Source of the DNA: Lingula anatina
Taxonomy: Eukaryota > Animalia > Brachiopoda
Length of the DNA stretch: 64,000 bases
Direction: 5' to 3'
Assembly (NCBI GenBank): GCA_051362555.1
Contig: CM120644.1
Coordinates: 13,600,567 to 13,664,566 of the forward strand
Part shown: positions 63,001 through 64,000 of the stretch, in pieces
Position numbering within the stretch: position 1 is the stretch's first letter
Layout of the letters: each line of letters starts with the position of its first letter
Program-made: the position numbers and the translations under genes
Notes under the pieces: model-generated
Told to the model about the DNA's origin: nothing
Databases searched by the model: none
What the model saw: only the letters and a program-made list of their open reading frames with translations

Positions 63001-64000
63001 ATTATTTAGTAACGTATGTATCGGTGACGTATGTATCATCTAACCAATTTAAACAAATAGTTTCAAGACAAGTAATCTTAACTTGCCCTGCTTTTCCTTC
63101 TTATTGTAATGTAGTATAACGTAAGAATAGGCGTTTGCTCATAAAACTGAAACCAAACAATAAAAATAAAAATAAATACACGCTCAATGGTAACTATTTC
63201 CCTCGATCGTCTTTTGTTTTGTGCAGCATCACTTATGTCTTAATGTTACGTTACAATAACAGAAATGGAGAAAAATTAGATATCTTGCCTTCAGCTATCT
63301 GTGAAAATTGTTCATTTATGACATACGTTACCAATACATACGTTACCACGAAGCGTGTAAATATATATATTTATTCTATTTTCATTAGTGAACAAAAAAA
63401 TGGAGATGTTGTTTTCTGATTCCATTGATTGTTTTCTGTTTTCCTGACTTTGTGAATGCCTGGGACTTTGTATATGTGAGCACGCATGCTTTTACGGCGC
63501 TCATTATTCTTTGTTACGTTAATTTAAGACATACGTTACCATTTCATACGTTACCACGAAGCGTGTAAATATTTATTTATTCTATTTTCATTAGTTCTTT
63601 CGTTTTGTGGGCCAACACTATTGCCTTAATGTGACATTAAAATGAAAGAAAACGAGACAAAAATATTTCTTGCCTTTAACTATTTGTGAAAATCGTCCAT
63701 TTGATTCATACGTTACCGATATGTACGTGACCTAATAATATAAAGGTGTTGTTTTCTGATTCCATTAATTGTTTTATGTTGTCACGGCTTTGTGAGTGAG
63801 TGTGACTTTGTATTTGTGAGCACTACGTTTTACGGCGTTCATTCTTATTTGTTACGTAAATATGATACATACGTTACAAAAATAACGTGAAGGTATTGTT
63901 TTCTGATTTCATTGTTTGTTCTCTATTGTTGCGACTCTGTGGTTGCGTGCGACGTTGTATATGTGCGCACGCTTGTTTTTACGTCGTTTATTCTTTTTTG
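60061..64000. repeat. Higher-order satellite, period about 1.26-1.34 kb, built from diverged monomers in both orientations; runs off the window end
   Basis: Registers at 60061, 61321, 62609 and 63948; recurrent gatacatacgttacc motif and its reverse complement. Confidence 0.92.

Noticed and set aside
60329-63419. ORFs inside the terminal satellite
   Set aside because: They are short, not conserved in frame between repeat units and carry no motifs.

Overview
AT-rich, intron-rich eukaryotic DNA with a repeat landscape that suggests an invertebrate animal; the species cannot be determined from the window. Most of it (about 1.4-47 kb, + strand) is one gene that I assembled by hand from GT-AG exons with consistent phases. 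It is an ARHGAP12/27/15/9-family RhoGAP (SH3, WW modules, PH, RPEL-like motif, RhoGAP) with 18 coding exons from 2187 to 44168, about 1170 aa in the longest form. The gene has several candidate alternative first exons and alternative donors. A possible divergent gene starts on the - strand at 517. Downstream lie a candidate TATA/Inr promoter (50.1 kb), an 11-unit tandem array of splice-site-bounded mini-exon modules (50.46-53.74 kb) and a frameshifted TDP-43/TARDBP-like RRM1 exon (54125-54280). The array may be amplified, decayed TDP-43 N-terminal-domain exon sequence. The block from 47.17 to 58.51 kb is bracketed by a perfect 31-bp inverted repeat. The window ends in a ~1.3-kb higher-order satellite with long internal palindromes (60.06-64 kb). 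Many non-autonomous TIR elements (MITEs) and microsatellites are scattered throughout. All calls come from manual reading, with no database search.
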